The notes beneath the pieces were generated by a model. The model saw only the letters and a list, made by a program, of their open reading frames with translations, was not told where the DNA came from and searched no databases. Positions 12,976 to 26,413 of a stretch of 64,000 nt of DNA are shown here, piece after piece. The stretch is from Rhynchobatus australiae (Eukaryota): assembly GCA_034780895.1 (NCBI GenBank), contig JAUZTB010000057.1, positions 21,415,462 through 21,479,461 on the forward strand, in the 5' to 3' direction. Numbering within the stretch: position 1 is the stretch's first letter; each line of letters opens with the position of its first letter. The translations under genes were made by a program, and so were the position numbers.

Positions 12976-14980
12976 ATAGGACAATATGAAGATAATAATA
13001 ATAGTGAAATGAAAACATTGCAAGTTGCAGAGAACTTGAGTTAATCCATAGGTAGATAGCTTTTGATAGGGAAATGAGCTGCCTTTTTAAAAAAGGAAAT
13101 AAGAACTATATAACTGGGGCTGCATCTGCTTTAAATTGGCAAATTACAAATCCAAAGCAAACACTTTGTTGATTACAACTAAAAATGTGTGCCATCTCCC
13201 AAATGCAGGCAAGCCTCAGTGATGCAATAATTCACTGCCAGTTCTGAGGGATTATTATTTTAGTTATTTGCAAGAATGCTTCCCTGCCACTGAATACATT
13301 CTGCTAATGCAACAATCTCAGATATAGAACAATATAGTATCATGAACATGTTGTCAACGTTGTTTTACTTGATTTGGAAGGCAAGATAAATGTGCTACAG
13401 TTCACTGTTTTCCAATTCACTAAAAGATGCTCCTTAGTGAGTGTTATTTATACAGTTAACCTCGCTACATCAACCCCTCTTTCACAAGATTTCAGATTAT
13501 AATTTTTAAAAAATGACAGGTGCTTTGCTTAGCTCAACATTTGGTATCCTTAAAGCACATACAAGCCATCAATTCCACAACAGCTCTGTGAGAGCAATCT
13601 AGTCTGTCCCATTCCTAAACTCTTTTTCCATAACCCTGCAATTGCTTTCTCTATCAAATATCTATGAGATTCCTCTTTCCATTAAAATGGCAAGTTAAAA
13701 TTTGTGTACATTATAAAATAAAACACAGCAAGTCCTGCAAGTAATTCTAATATACAAGCAAATGCAAATAATTTTATCAATACACAGCAACAATAAATTC
13801 AAGGTTCACCATGAGATGGAAATAGGCAACACAAGGTGCACGACATGACATCCATACCCTAATTCTATTGAACTGTGAAAGTGTCACTTAGGATTGTTTG
13901 GCTAGGTCATGGCAATGAAAATGTTGCAAGAACATAACTTGAAGCTCAACACAGATTTTATTTCCTTGGGAATAAGCCAAAATTCAATACTTGCAATCAA
14001 AAAAAATCTTACAAAATATTGTATGCTACTTCCTTAAAATCAGTGCCCCAACAAGTAGCTGTANNNNNNNNNNNNNNNNNNNNNNNNNNNNNNNNNNNNN
14101 NNNNNNNNNNNNNNNNNNNNNNNNNNNNNNNNNNNNNNNNNNNNNNNNNNNNNNNNNNNNNNNNNNNNNNNNNNNNNNNNNNNNNNNNNNNNNNNNNNNN
14201 NNNNNNNNNNNNNNNNNNNNNNNNNNNNNNNNNNNNNNNNNNNNNNNNNNNNNNNNNNNNNNNNNNNNNNNNNNNNNNNNNNNNNNNNNNNNNNNNNNNN
14301 NNNNNNNNNNNNNNNNNNNNNNNNNNNNNNNNNNNNNNNNNNNNNNNNNNNNNNNNNNNNNNNNNNNNNNNNNNNNNNNNNNNNNNNNNNNNNNNNNNNN
14401 NNNNNNNNNNNNNNNNNNNNNNNNNNNNNNNNNNNNNNNNNNNNNNNNNNNNNNNNNNNNNNNNNNNNNNNNNNNNNNNNNNNNNNNNNNNNNNNNNNNN
14501 NNNNNNNNNNNNNNNNNNNNNNNNNNNNNNNNNNNNNNNNNNNNNNNNNNNNNNNNNNNNNNNNNNNNNNNNNNNNNNNNNNNNNNNNNNNNNNNNNNNN
14601 NNNNNNNNNNNNNNNNNNNNNNNAATTTTATGTAAGCACCTTCTTGACTTTCATTAAAATTATTTAACACAATGCAAAGAGGTATTCATAGAATATTTTC
14701 TATTTTTAATTTGTGTTCACCAAGTTGAAGATGGCATTGCAGAACTTGTCTAAGTTTAAAAAAAAGTCACAAATAATTCACAGTAGAAATCAAGTGAATT
14801 TTTCTTGGAGCAATTATGATTTTGTTTTAGTAGTCTGAGGGTCACTTGGATTGAACATGCAATGTTTTCTAACATTTACTGCCACTTTAAGCAGTTTATA
14901 AGCAGAAGTTAAGCTCAGAAAACAAAAGGGATAGTGTTAACATATGCACATATTCTAAAACAAAAAGTAAACAGAATTAC

Positions 14981-14995
14981 CTGTTTCAGATGGAA
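14981..14995 (-). CDS. ATXN2: Candidate 15-nt in-frame ataxin-2 microexon (between exons 5 and 6), encoding VPSET
   Basis: Long polypyrimidine tract ttcttttttccaccctctctttctggtctctgtag | TTCCATCTGAAACAG | gtaatt. Phase 1 to phase 1, so it keeps the frame: ...YARR-VPSET-DAFTD... Confidence 0.72.
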
Positions 14996-17364
14996 CTACA
15001 GAGACCAGAAAGAGAGGGTGGAAAAAAGAAAGAATATCAGTAAACCAAATATGTATTAAGGATCAAGATGATCAAATCAGCTGTCAGGTTTAATGAACAG
15101 CAACAGTTGCTTATCAAAAATATTGTGGAATGCGTACTCAAAGTAGGAGATGACCATGCATGGAACAACATTTTAATATCCTCTTTACAATGAAGGTACA
15201 GCAGTTAACATAGCAGCTAGAAAACAGAGTACCTATTTCTTGATAGCAGTTCTCAATGAAGAAAATAGGGGGGGGGGGGGGGGAAGAAGGACATTTTTCA
15301 TTGGGTAGGGAACAAAGTGTGTGGGTAGATGAATGTATGCACACATCAACGTGATTGACCAAAGATTCCATATGCTAGAAGTTCATCCATTTTTGCATAT
15401 ATTAATCCAAAATTCAGGAGTGATCACTGGGTCTTGCTCCCTGAACTTATCTGCACAATGTCCTTCATGGCAATACTAAATTCTCATCAAAAAAATTCTA
15501 ATATATATGAAAATTTATTAAGGGTTGAACAAACAGAAGAAAGCCTTCACTTTACAAAAACTAACTTCAAAACTTGTCCAACCAATTTCATGATGCACAA
15601 GCAGATTTTCACTCAAACCTAGATACTCATGTACTGTTGATGAACGCCAGTAGTTAGGAATAGAACGACCACTACCTATCTGTTTAAATGTCAGTTAAGT
15701 CCAAGACTTCTGCAGATTCACAGATAAATGTGGAAGCCTTGAACTTACTCTGCAGTAATGAATGCCATATCTGTCAAGAAGTATCATAACTGAGATTTTC
15801 TAGTAAGTACAATTGGGAAATTAGCAGTTAAGTCTAGCAAAAGGTTTGACCAGGCGTAGAATCCACGACTACATTGATTTCAATGGGAATTAAAGGAATG
15901 CAGAAAAACAAGAATGGAAATGTTCCTTATTCAACTTTTTTTGAAAATGTTTCTACATTTATATGGGCTTTTATTTATCAAGCTACAGTTGGAGAAGGGA
16001 AAGATAACTATGCATGGCTAAACCGTTTCACTGTAATCTTCACCATGTGTCAACAGGTTCAAATAATTATTTTAAAATAAGCCCAGAATATTTCTGAACT
16101 ACATCTTGAGATCCTATTTCTAACAATCATGCGTCTAAAATATATTTTAATCTATGCATGCCAGGGCATTGCTGCAGTAGATTCAAGATATAACTATTCT
16201 TACAAACCTAGCTGAACAATGCACTAAATAACTTTATGATAGAAGAGAGATCTTGACAAGGTGGTTATTTCCACAGATAATGTCTGCTTACAATTTATGT
16301 CTATATGCATAAATCCAGGACAATATCCAGGCTTGAGATGTTAGCTAACAAGTAGTGGCATACAAGAGCCATAAAATGACCACTTCCAATGGGAAAAGAC
16401 TAAGCACCTACAATGTCAATGGCACTTCTACTGTCAAATTCCCACCATTAATACCCTGAAAGAATAGCCTCCATTTGCCTAGCTGGATACAGTTGCAATA
16501 TTCAGATATCTCAACACCATACAGAGCACATGTATGTTTGAATAGCACCATACCCTTTTAACATATGCTCACTCTATTGTTGGAGATTTGTTATTGAGGT
16601 CTGACGACTGGATGCACTTCAGAAGGTTATCAAGGTTTCTTCAGCAACACGTCACAAATCATACTGGACCCTTCCCCCCATCAAATGAAATTCAGCATGA
16701 ATTTATGTGGAATAAAATGTTGCAAAGCATTCTAAATCAATCTGATTGGCTTTAAAAAATAGGTGGTTTAGAAAAAATCATTTATAATATTTAACTAAAC
16801 CCAAGCTCAAAAGTACTTTGCAAACATTTTCAGTACATCGGATCAACAAAAAAAACTTGGATCAGACTCTTGCTATTTACACACTGTACTTATATGCAGT
16901 CAAAGAATCAAACTTTTGGCAGAAGCATCATTCTCCGATTCTTCTGCTGCCTAATTATTAAAAGCAAATTTATCATTTTTTTTGTTAAACCAGGAATGTA
17001 ACAAATAAAAAAGTTTTAACTGCCTAACTATGACAAATCACTACTTACTAGATTTTCTATTAATTGATGATGAATTGGAAGTGAGTCTGTGTTTGTGGAC
17101 CAAAGTCATCCCAAACCATAACTCCGCCAAGCCTCCAATATCAACTAGTTTTAAAAATAATTTTAAAAATGAAGCACACAACAAGTAAACTGCTATTAAA
17201 ATCTAGGTCTTCTACAATTACAAGTTCAAGAGCTGATATTTTCTGTGCAAGAAATTTGATCAAAACAAATAATCCATTCCCCTGGCTAGTCATTTTGTTT
17301 ACACCTTAAATAAGCTTTTCCATAGCAAGAATAGATCAGGATATCTGAATTATTAATAACTATA

Positions 17365-18620
17365 GGATAGAAAATGGAACAGTACAGCACAGGAACAGGC
17401 CCTTCAGCCCACAATGTCTGTGCCGACCATGATGCCAATTTAAACTACACGTGGTTTGCATCTGCCTGCAAGTGGTTTATATCCCACACTTTCTTGCCTG
17501 TTCATGTGCCGGTCTAAATGCCTTTTAAACGTTGCTCTTGTATCTGCTTCTATCTCTTCCCCTGGCAGCACATTTAGGCACCTACCACNNNNNNNNNNNN
17601 NNNNNNNNNNNNNNNNNNNNNNNNNNNNNNNNNNNNNNNNNNNNNNNNNNNNNNNNNNNNNNNNNNNNNNNNNNNNNNNNNNNNNNNNNNNNNNNNNNNN
17701 NNNNNNNNNNNNNNNNNNNNNNNNNNNNNNNNNNNNNNNNNNNNNNNNNNNNNNNNNNNNNNNNNNNNNNNNNNNNNNNCCAGTTTGTCCAACCTCTTGC
17801 TATAACTAATACTCTCTAATCCAGGCAACATCCTGGTGAACCTCTTCTGCATCCTCCCACAAGCCTCCACATCCTTCCTGTAATGAGGCATTCAGAACTG
17901 TACACAATACTGTGTGGCCTAACCAAGGTTTTATATAACTAAAGCATGACTTCCCAACTTCTACAGTCAACACCCTGACTGTTTACGACCCTATCTACTC
18001 ATGTTGCCACTTTCAGGGAGCCATGGACTTGCACCCCAAGATCCCTCTGTACATCAATACTCCGAAGGGTCCAACCATATATTGTATACTTTCCTCTTAC
18101 ATTTGACCTCCTAAAGTGTTACACCTTACTGGAGCATCTGGATTATATACCATCTGGATTAAACTCCATTTGCAATTTCTCTGCCTATATTTCCATCTGA
18201 TCTATGTCCTACTCAATCCTTTGGCAATCTTCCTCACTATCCACAACTTGGCTAATTTTTGTGTCATCTGCAAACTTACTAACCAGCCCACCTACATCTT
18301 CACAGAGGTCCCAACACTGACCCCTGCAGAACACCACTGGTCACAGACCTCCACTGCTACCCTGTTTTCTAGGGCCAAGCCTAGGATACCACGTGCCTAA
18401 TCTTCTGGATCAACCTATCATGAGGGGCCCTGAAAGCTTTATTGAAGACCAGGTAGACAACATCCACTGTCCTACCCTTATCAATCATCTTTGGCACCTC
18501 CTCAAAAAACTCGATCAAGTTTATATGATTTCCCCTGCACAAAGCCATGCTGACTATCCTTAATGTCTATGCTTTTCCAGATACAAATAGATCCTATCCC
18601 TAAGAATCTTCTCCAATAAA
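17365..18620 (-). mobile_element. CR1/HER1-like LINE, about 1.2 kb 3' portion with an internal gap
   Basis: ORF 17574..17891 reads PHYRKDVEACGRMQKRFTRMLPGLESISYSKRL. The reverse complement includes the KFADDT (tgtgtcatctgcaaactt) and VDVVYL.F.KAF regions. Confidence 0.88.
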
Positions 18621-20697
18621 TGGATGTGAAATTTATTCATACACCTTTTTATTAAAATGAGTATAGTCTAATATGCATTCAAACGATAAAAAATTTTGGC
18701 AATAATCAAATGTCAGAATGCCGAATATTTAGAACTGTACCCATGTTGCACAATGTTCCACTAAAATGTAAACTAAATATATACATTAATGTAAAATTGT
18801 CACGACTGTTAAAAACACATTCCTGTAAAAGTATTTTTAAAATGTTTTGTTGGATGTTATGTTGCTACATTACAGATAGTTGAGTAGCTCAAATCACATC
18901 AAAATTTGGACAGCAACATTTCTAAAGTAGATGACTTGAAAGTGTTAACATGATTTCATTAATAAATTAACTCTGCTACTAATCTGGTCCATATTGCTGT
19001 TGTACACTTTTCTACCTAACAGAGAGCTTTATAAATCTAAATTATTTCCAAAAGGGAACCAAATTGGTAAAACTTTAAGTCAATATACTTCTCTAATTAG
19101 ATAGGCCAACACAATGGTTTGGATAACTGTCCTTGAACACCCCCCCCCCCTCCCATTGCCNNNNNNNNNNNNNNNNNNNNNNNNNNNNNCCTCTCCTAGT
19201 AATAATAAAATGGAGAATTAACATGGGCAGTGCTATTTATCTTTTGGTTGGTACTCATACAAAGTATGAAAATAATAAGTACCCAAAACGAGGAGGAAAT
19301 ATGCAAAAAGAAATCCTATAGAATAAGAGATAAATCAAGTTCAATTCCTACCATCTCCTACAGTTCAGGTGGCAAAATATCAATGCTCAATTAAGTGTTC
19401 CAACAACATAATAATTTACATCAATGCATTCCTTTAGAACCACAAACACTGAGAATACAAGATCCAGTGTAAAATACATCTCATGCAAGTCAGTACTGCC
19501 TTTGCATGCAACTATTAAACATTTACAGTGAAGAAACAAAGTATCAACATTTAACTGCTTTAGCCTGCCTCTCAAAACTGCTTTGTGACACATTCTTTGA
19601 ATATTATAATCCTTGCTGTTGGTTACTTTTGTGTTAGGACTTAAATAACCATCTCATTCATGGAATTAACATGGAAAAAAATAAGGTTCATCAATGACCA
19701 CATATGGTTATACCGCACAGAACAAAAGGGGGAGAGAATTTAAGTGTTGGTTGAGGGATCAGAAGAACAACTTGTGTATTAAGACCTGTTTTATCTCTAA
19801 TCTCTCCCAATTCCAAAGAAAGGTCATCAAACCAAAAGACAAACTGTTTTTCTCTCCACAGATGTTGCCTAAGCATGCTGAGTATTTCAAACTTTTTTTT
19901 AAAATCTCAGAATTTTCGCACCCTTTTTCCACTAGGGGCAATTGAACCTTCATGCAAATTAGCCTCTGCTTAATGTCTCATCCAAAAGTCAGCAACACTA
20001 ACAATAGTGCACAGGAATCACTGTCCAAGTTTTGCACTCAAGTCTTTGGTGCGAAGTGTGAACCCACAACCTTCCAACTCAAACAGAGAGTAGCATCACT
20101 TAGCCAAGACATAATGAATGTTTCTCAAGATTAACTAGAAATGTTGAACACAAAGTGAATGAAAACCAATATTTCACCCAGACATAACCCCGAATTATTC
20201 AAGGAACTTGAATATCTAATGAAAAGATATCCGGGTCTGAAAGTAAAACCATTTTATCTTTCCACAGTTTATGCATGCCAATTTCATTCAACCTCCCCCA
20301 AAGTGCAATTTCTAAGCCTAAAATTATGCAGACATCACGTTCCAGATATCCATGAACTAAAAGTGCTTAAAACTGCATCTGGCCTTTTATCCAAGACCCT
20401 GCATGCAGATTATCAAGGTGCAGTTCCAGTAATTTAATATTTTGGATGCTTCAAAAGGAAAATGACATCAGAGGAAAAACAAAAATCACACTAGCAACAA
20501 CTTCTACCTAAATAGCACCTTTAACTTAAAAATGTTCTTTGCCTATTTGTAGGAGTGTTATCAAACAAAGAACCAACTCACATAGGACTAAGCTCAATTA
20601 AAAGGGGAGGTTTTAAGGAAATTCTTAGAAGTAGGGGAAAGTAGAGAGGTAAGAGAGCCATCCCAGAGCTTTGGGTCTTAGCAGCTGCAGGCATGCC

Positions 20698-21228
20698 CTT
20701 TGGATGCATCATGGCTTGGTACGGCAAATGCTCTGCCCATGACCGCAAGAAACTGCAGAGAGTTGTGCTGAGCTGTGTCCACATCACGGAAACGAGCCTC
20801 CCGTCCATGGACTCTGNNNNNNNNNNNNNNNNNNNNNNNNNNNNNNNNNNNNNNNNNNNNNNNNNNNNNNNNNNNNNNNNNNNNNNNNNNNNNNNNNNTC
20901 CCAGCAGGCAGAAGATACAAAAGCCTGAAAGCACATACCACCATGCTCAAGGACAGCTTTTCTCCCACTATTATAAGACTATTGAATGGTTCCCTAGTAC
21001 AATAAGATGAACTCTTGACCTCACAATCTAACTCATTATGACCTTGCACCTTATTTTCTATCTGCACTTCACTTTCTCTGTAGCTGTGACACTTTACTCT
21101 GCATTCTGTATTGTTTTACTTTGTACTACGTCAATGCACTGTGTAATGAATTGATACGTATGAACTGTATGCAAGACAAGAGTTTCACTGTATCTCAGTA
21201 CCAGTGACAATAATAAACCAATTCCAAT
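20698..21228 (+). mobile_element. Rex1/Babar-like LINE 3' fragment
   Basis: GCIMAWYGKCSAHDRKKLQRVV and PAGRRYKSLKAHTTMLKDSFSPTIIRLLNG. The 3' UTR is nearly the same as 4800-5100. Confidence 0.85.
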
Positions 21229-21815
21229 GATGTTGCAATGATTATTTCTAGGGATGAACACGAGGCCAGATTCTGAGGACTACAAAAATCTTGAAGGGAT
21301 GTAGAGCTGAAGAAGATTATATGGGTAGGGAGAGGCAAGACAATGAAAAGATATGAAAATAAAGAGAATATTAGGTCCGATCTATTACCTGAGAAGTCAA
21401 TGTATTGTCACCAAGCATGGGGCGAAGAGCTAATGAGAGTGGGGCAAGTTATGCAAAGTTTTGGTTGAACTCAAGTTTATGAATGGTAGAAATAAGGCTT
21501 CAATTATGAAAGATAATAAAATCATGGACAAGGGTTTAAGTAACAGTTGTGATATGATACAGGTCATATCAGGTGTTTATATGGGAGTGGTGACGTAACT
21601 ATGTAGCAGAAAATTCATCTTGGGAGTCAAATACAATACCAACTTCCAAAATGACTGATTCTGCTCAAAGTGGTTCACAGTGAGTCATGGCCAAAGAACA
21701 AAGCTTGTGACAAGCNNNNNNNNNNNNNNNNNNNNNNNNNNNNNNNNNNNNNNNNNNNNNNNNNNNNNNNNNNNNNNNNNNNNNNNNNNNNNNNNNNNNN
21801 NNNNNNNNNNNNNNN

Positions 21816-22568
21816 GACATCCCATGCCTGCTTGCAGTAAGACCCAGACAACATTTGGGCCTGGGCTGAAAAGTGGCAAGCAACACTCACACACAGTTCA
21901 TGCCAATGAGAAAGTATAACCATCTCCATGATGTTCAATGGTCTTGCCATCACATAGTTCAACCCAGCTCCATTTCCCAAGGGACATCATTGACCTAAAA
22001 CTCAACTGGACCAGCCACATAAATACCATGGCTATAAGAACAGACTAGATGCTAGGTATCTTGCGTCAAGTGATTCACCCCACTTGCTTGGAGTGCAGCA
22101 CCAGCAACTTTCAAGAAGCTCAACCGTATCCAGGACCAAGCATCCCACTTGATTGACTCTCCATCAACCACCCTAAACATTCATTCCTTCTACCACTGGC
22201 TAACAGTGGCACAGTACGTACCATCTACATTGTGCAGTTACTTGCCCAGGATACTCCAACAGCTCACAAGCCTGCAGCCTCTACCACCGTGAAGGACAAG
22301 GGCAGCAAGTGTTTGGGAACAGCACCACTTGCAGATTCCCCTCCAATGTGCACGGCATCCAGACTTGGGAATACATTGCCGTTCCTCCTCTGTCACCGAG
22401 CCCATTTTCTGGAATTCCCTTTCCCAACAGCACTGTGGGAGAACCCTCACCGGAAGGAATGCAGCAGTTCGAGAAGGCCTTCGAATCATGACCTTCGAAA
22501 GGACAATTAGGGATGAACAATAAACGCTGGCCTTCCCAGCAATGACCAACTCCACAAAATAAATAAAA
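21816..22568 (+). mobile_element. Second CR1-clade LINE family, 3' fragment
   Basis: Decayed RT C-terminus (gacccagacaacatttgggcctgggctgaaaagtggcaa; gacctaaaactcaactggaccagccacataaa). The 3' tail ggacaattagggatgaacaataaacgctggccttcccagc also appears at about 44855-44910. Confidence 0.7.
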
Positions 22569-24190
22569 CTAGAATAACAATGGCCTACAGGCGATTCCAG
22601 AACCCACAGTCTCTCTAATGTCGTTGACTCTTAACTGCCTATGGTGTTCGATATTAAGGTGGAAAGGTTTGAACTGGCACCAGTTGTCAACTTTGAATGT
22701 CGCATCACTTAAGTTGGCGTTTAAATAAGATTTCTCCTGCAGCTGTCTGTGGTGTTGCTGATACCCATAATTCACGCGTGTTCTTCTTCTGATGTGTACT
22801 TGGTAAGGTTGAAGGTAACATGCAAAGTGGAAGATGGAGAACATGATGAATGGTTGGGATGAAAGGAAGCCTCTTGCGTGCCCATGGAGACAGTTGCAGA
22901 GAAGTCCTCTTGGAGACAGTATGTCTGTTAAGTAAAATTCATTTTATGGAATAGCTTCCAGAACTTAACTCTAATATAAGGCAGGGACTTTCAGTATCAG
23001 GTTTCAATCATCATGCTCATTCAAAATCGCTCTTGTGTTCTTGGCTTTAGATGTTAAAAGCCAAGGATCCAGAATTCTTCTGGCTACTATTCCAAGCAAC
23101 AGTCTCTCATGAGCTCCATTTTTATTTTAAGATCTTCTGGAGCCTTTGACACCAGCCATTTCTTGCCTTCGGCTAACTGCGGCCACTGCTCATTCTCCGT
23201 TTCCCTTCCCTCCAATATTAGAGGCTGATTCTTACCCCCATTTTGCAGTCAGCAACGAAGCAACAGTGATCACTGCAAATATGGAAGAAAGCTGCCAACA
23301 GGGATTGAGCCCTCAGGCACAAGCTCCCCCTTTCACATTACCTGGTACGGTTAAGCATTATTTCACAGAGATCACCAAACGTCAAATAGCTCTGATGTTA
23401 TCAAGTTGGCTGAGCACTCAGTCATGTTACAGACTTACAAAATGCAAACTAGGAAGGAAATAGCATAATCTCATATTTTGAACATTTTGTATTAGCCATT
23501 TGAGGTTTGGAAGGGTAAACGGAAAACAAAATGGAGTAAGAAAGGGACCTACAAAAATACGAAATAAAAATTAAAACCTACACACAAGATTGAGGCAGAA
23601 ACTGAATTATCAGGCAAAAAAAACAATTTAATGGCAATTTAGAGTTTAAGGCAGGGTGAAATAAAGCTGTGAGTCGTCAGTCTACATAAGAAAAGGTGAC
23701 AATGTGCTTTCAGATAATGTTATCAAGGAGCAACCAATAGATGAAAAAAATGAGAGAGCCAGTAAGTGATCATTGGGAGACACTAGAGGCAAGGGTATGC
23801 ATGCAAAGAGAAACCACTGCTGGTCACTATCCAGCAGTAATTGGATAGGCGAGAATGGAACCAGACAAGTACATTCCTACCCAGGTGGATTTGCGCTCAA
23901 GCTTTCTGTTAATACAACATGGTTGTACTCCAGCTACGCTTGAAAGGAAATTCTTTTTTTTTATTTTTAATGTTTGATTTTTTTTACATTTAATTACTTG
24001 GGGTCTGGGCAGATTGCCAAGAACACATTTCTTCATGATGGTGGTACACCTGTTTTGTAACTAAATTACCATAATGCACACTACTTCCATTTTGACCCTT
24101 TCCAGCAACTTAACATCCTGTTCAACAATTCTTAAAAATAACTATTAGATGAATTTCACACTGGTTAAAAGTAGTTTAAAAAGTCAATAC

Positions 24191-24350
24191 CTCTTCTTGC
24201 ATAATTTAAATCTACATCTTTAAAATGCAGCATTACAACATCTGCAGATTTAAAAATGATACTTTCAACAATATCTTCACGTTTTGGGCCCAGTTCTCGC
24301 GAGCTGGATTCTGAATTTTTTCGGTGAGCAGCATCAAGCACCAAGTCACA
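24191..24350 (-). CDS. ATXN2: Ataxin-2 coding exon 5 (LSm domain C-terminal half), 160 nt
   Basis: Acceptor ttttttttccag|TGT and donor G|gtattg. Translates CDLVLDAAHRKNSESSSRELGPKREDIVESIIFKSADVVMLHFKDVDLNYARR. Confidence 0.97.
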
Positions 24351-26258
24351 CTGGAAAAAAAACCACGGGAAATCTTAATAACCAAAAGCACTGTATTATT
24401 CTTTCTTAAATTAAAAACACTTTAGAAAACAAAAACTTTCCGGAATTGAATGGTACAAATGGGAACTATGTAGAGTATGTACTACTGTGATATTGCATAA
24501 ATACATTCATCTGGAGTGATCAAAACAATTCCCAATGTCGCTTCCAACTGCTTCTTAAATGATTCCAGAGTTTTTTTGCTTCCTCTACTCTCTCAGAATT
24601 TCCTTATAGCTGCCCATTTATGCAATCCAGGACAGAAACTCTACTTGATGCAACATCCCTGTCCTTTAAACACTGCAACTGGTTAGTATTTCTCACCTAT
24701 TCAGTGGTCACAGTCAGCTATTTAGGTTACCCACCCTGATTAACAGGTTGTACTAGCACCCTTGAAGTTGAACAAGGTGACAGTAGGAAGCCTTTCTAAC
24801 TTGTTAATATAGTCATAGGGCCAGACTGTCTGATTTGATATCTCCCAGTCATAGGTGCAATATTCACCACCTAGGGAATAGCGGTAACCCCATCAAAATC
24901 TCGACTAAGTTCATCAACGCAAGCCCGTAGTGCACCTTTCTTCACTCAGTCATCAATGTTCATGGAAATTTGAATCACTGTTCTTTCACCCACAAATGAT
25001 CTCCTGTTCAGATACTTGACCCAGAAGCCCTGGTGATATTCTTACTTGGAGGTGGAGGTTGGGGGGAGTGGCCAGACATGCCAAGTTGGATGACCAAGAA
25101 ACATTATTGTGTCTTCCATGCAATCGTCTGGGATGAGTTAGGTGTCAGAATTTTTTAAAAATTTATCTTCATTTAATTATTAAACCAAAATACCTGTGCC
25201 TTATAGGTTGGTAGTACAAGCAAACAACTATATGGGCATACAATATTTAGAAAATTCACTCCCCATCACTATCACAGAGCGAGCCTGAGACCCTGAACAG
25301 GCCAATATCTCACTAAACTAAAAGCTTCCCACCAAAAAACCTCAGCAGAGCCAAATCAGTGAATGGCAGGGATGCCTGCTAACTCAAATGCCGACAAATT
25401 CCATACTTCACCAGTGTGGTAAGGCACCAAACTCATCAACAACTGGATGTCAGAAACTGGCCAGCTGGATGAGCAGCAAGCCATTCTGCCGATCTAGCCA
25501 CCTTCCCACCGGCAGTTCCTCCAGTAAATGCAGGTTGGTGGTTAGACACAAGAATGTAAAAATATGATTGCTCCTCTAAAAAAAATTAAAGAAATCCAGT
25601 TTCCTGGGTGATTAACTGTGACCTTAAAAAGTCTGCTGCTATGATTAAATTGACAAAGAATAAATAAAATAGATCCTGATTTTCAGTAAGTTTCTACATT
25701 TAAATGATTATTTTTCAAATCTTATTGTTTTCTTACTAAAAGCTCATGGCAGATGCACAAAACTGTCTATTTCACTGGCCACAAAATGTGAAACATACCA
25801 CTCTCCAAACAAAAGCAACAGAAACCACAATATTTGTAGTAGATGGAAGCAAAAGAACAAACAGATTTTAATCACACAACTATTTGCAATTGAGATTGCA
25901 ATGATCTACTATTTGTAGAATTTAAAACTAACTATTTTTTGAAAATAACAATACAATACTATTAGCAATACAAAATGGTTTGTTACAAGTTTGACATTTG
26001 ACAAGTTTGACAACTCTCACAAGAATTTAGTTTGTTGCTACAGTAAATGAACTACTGTAAATAAACACAGGAATGCTGTTCTACTATCTGATTACCGACT
26101 GCAAATTCTGCAATGGAATCAGGCTATTACCAGAAACATTAAACTTTATTGGACACCACAGCTTCAAATGCAACAATGTATAACCATGCAATGGAAAACA
26201 TTAAATGCAGCTTAATTTGAAAGTTGTATAAACACTACAACATCAATTTTGTGCTTAC

Positions 26259-26330
26259 CTTTGGACTGTAAGTTTTAAAAACTCCTTCATACATTCCACC
26301 ATTTTTCACTTTTAGTTCACATTTTGCACC
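26259..26330 (-). CDS. ATXN2: Ataxin-2 coding exon 4 (LSm domain), 72 nt
   Basis: Acceptor ttgcatttacag|GGT and donor AAG|gtaagc. Translates GAKCELKVKNGGMYEGVFKTYSPK. Confidence 0.97.
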
Positions 26331-26413
26331 CTGTAAATGCAAACAGCAAGTTTGGCATTAACGTAGAAACACAAATAAAAAAGCCCCCTAACCAATGTTA
26401 GTCTTGATACATT

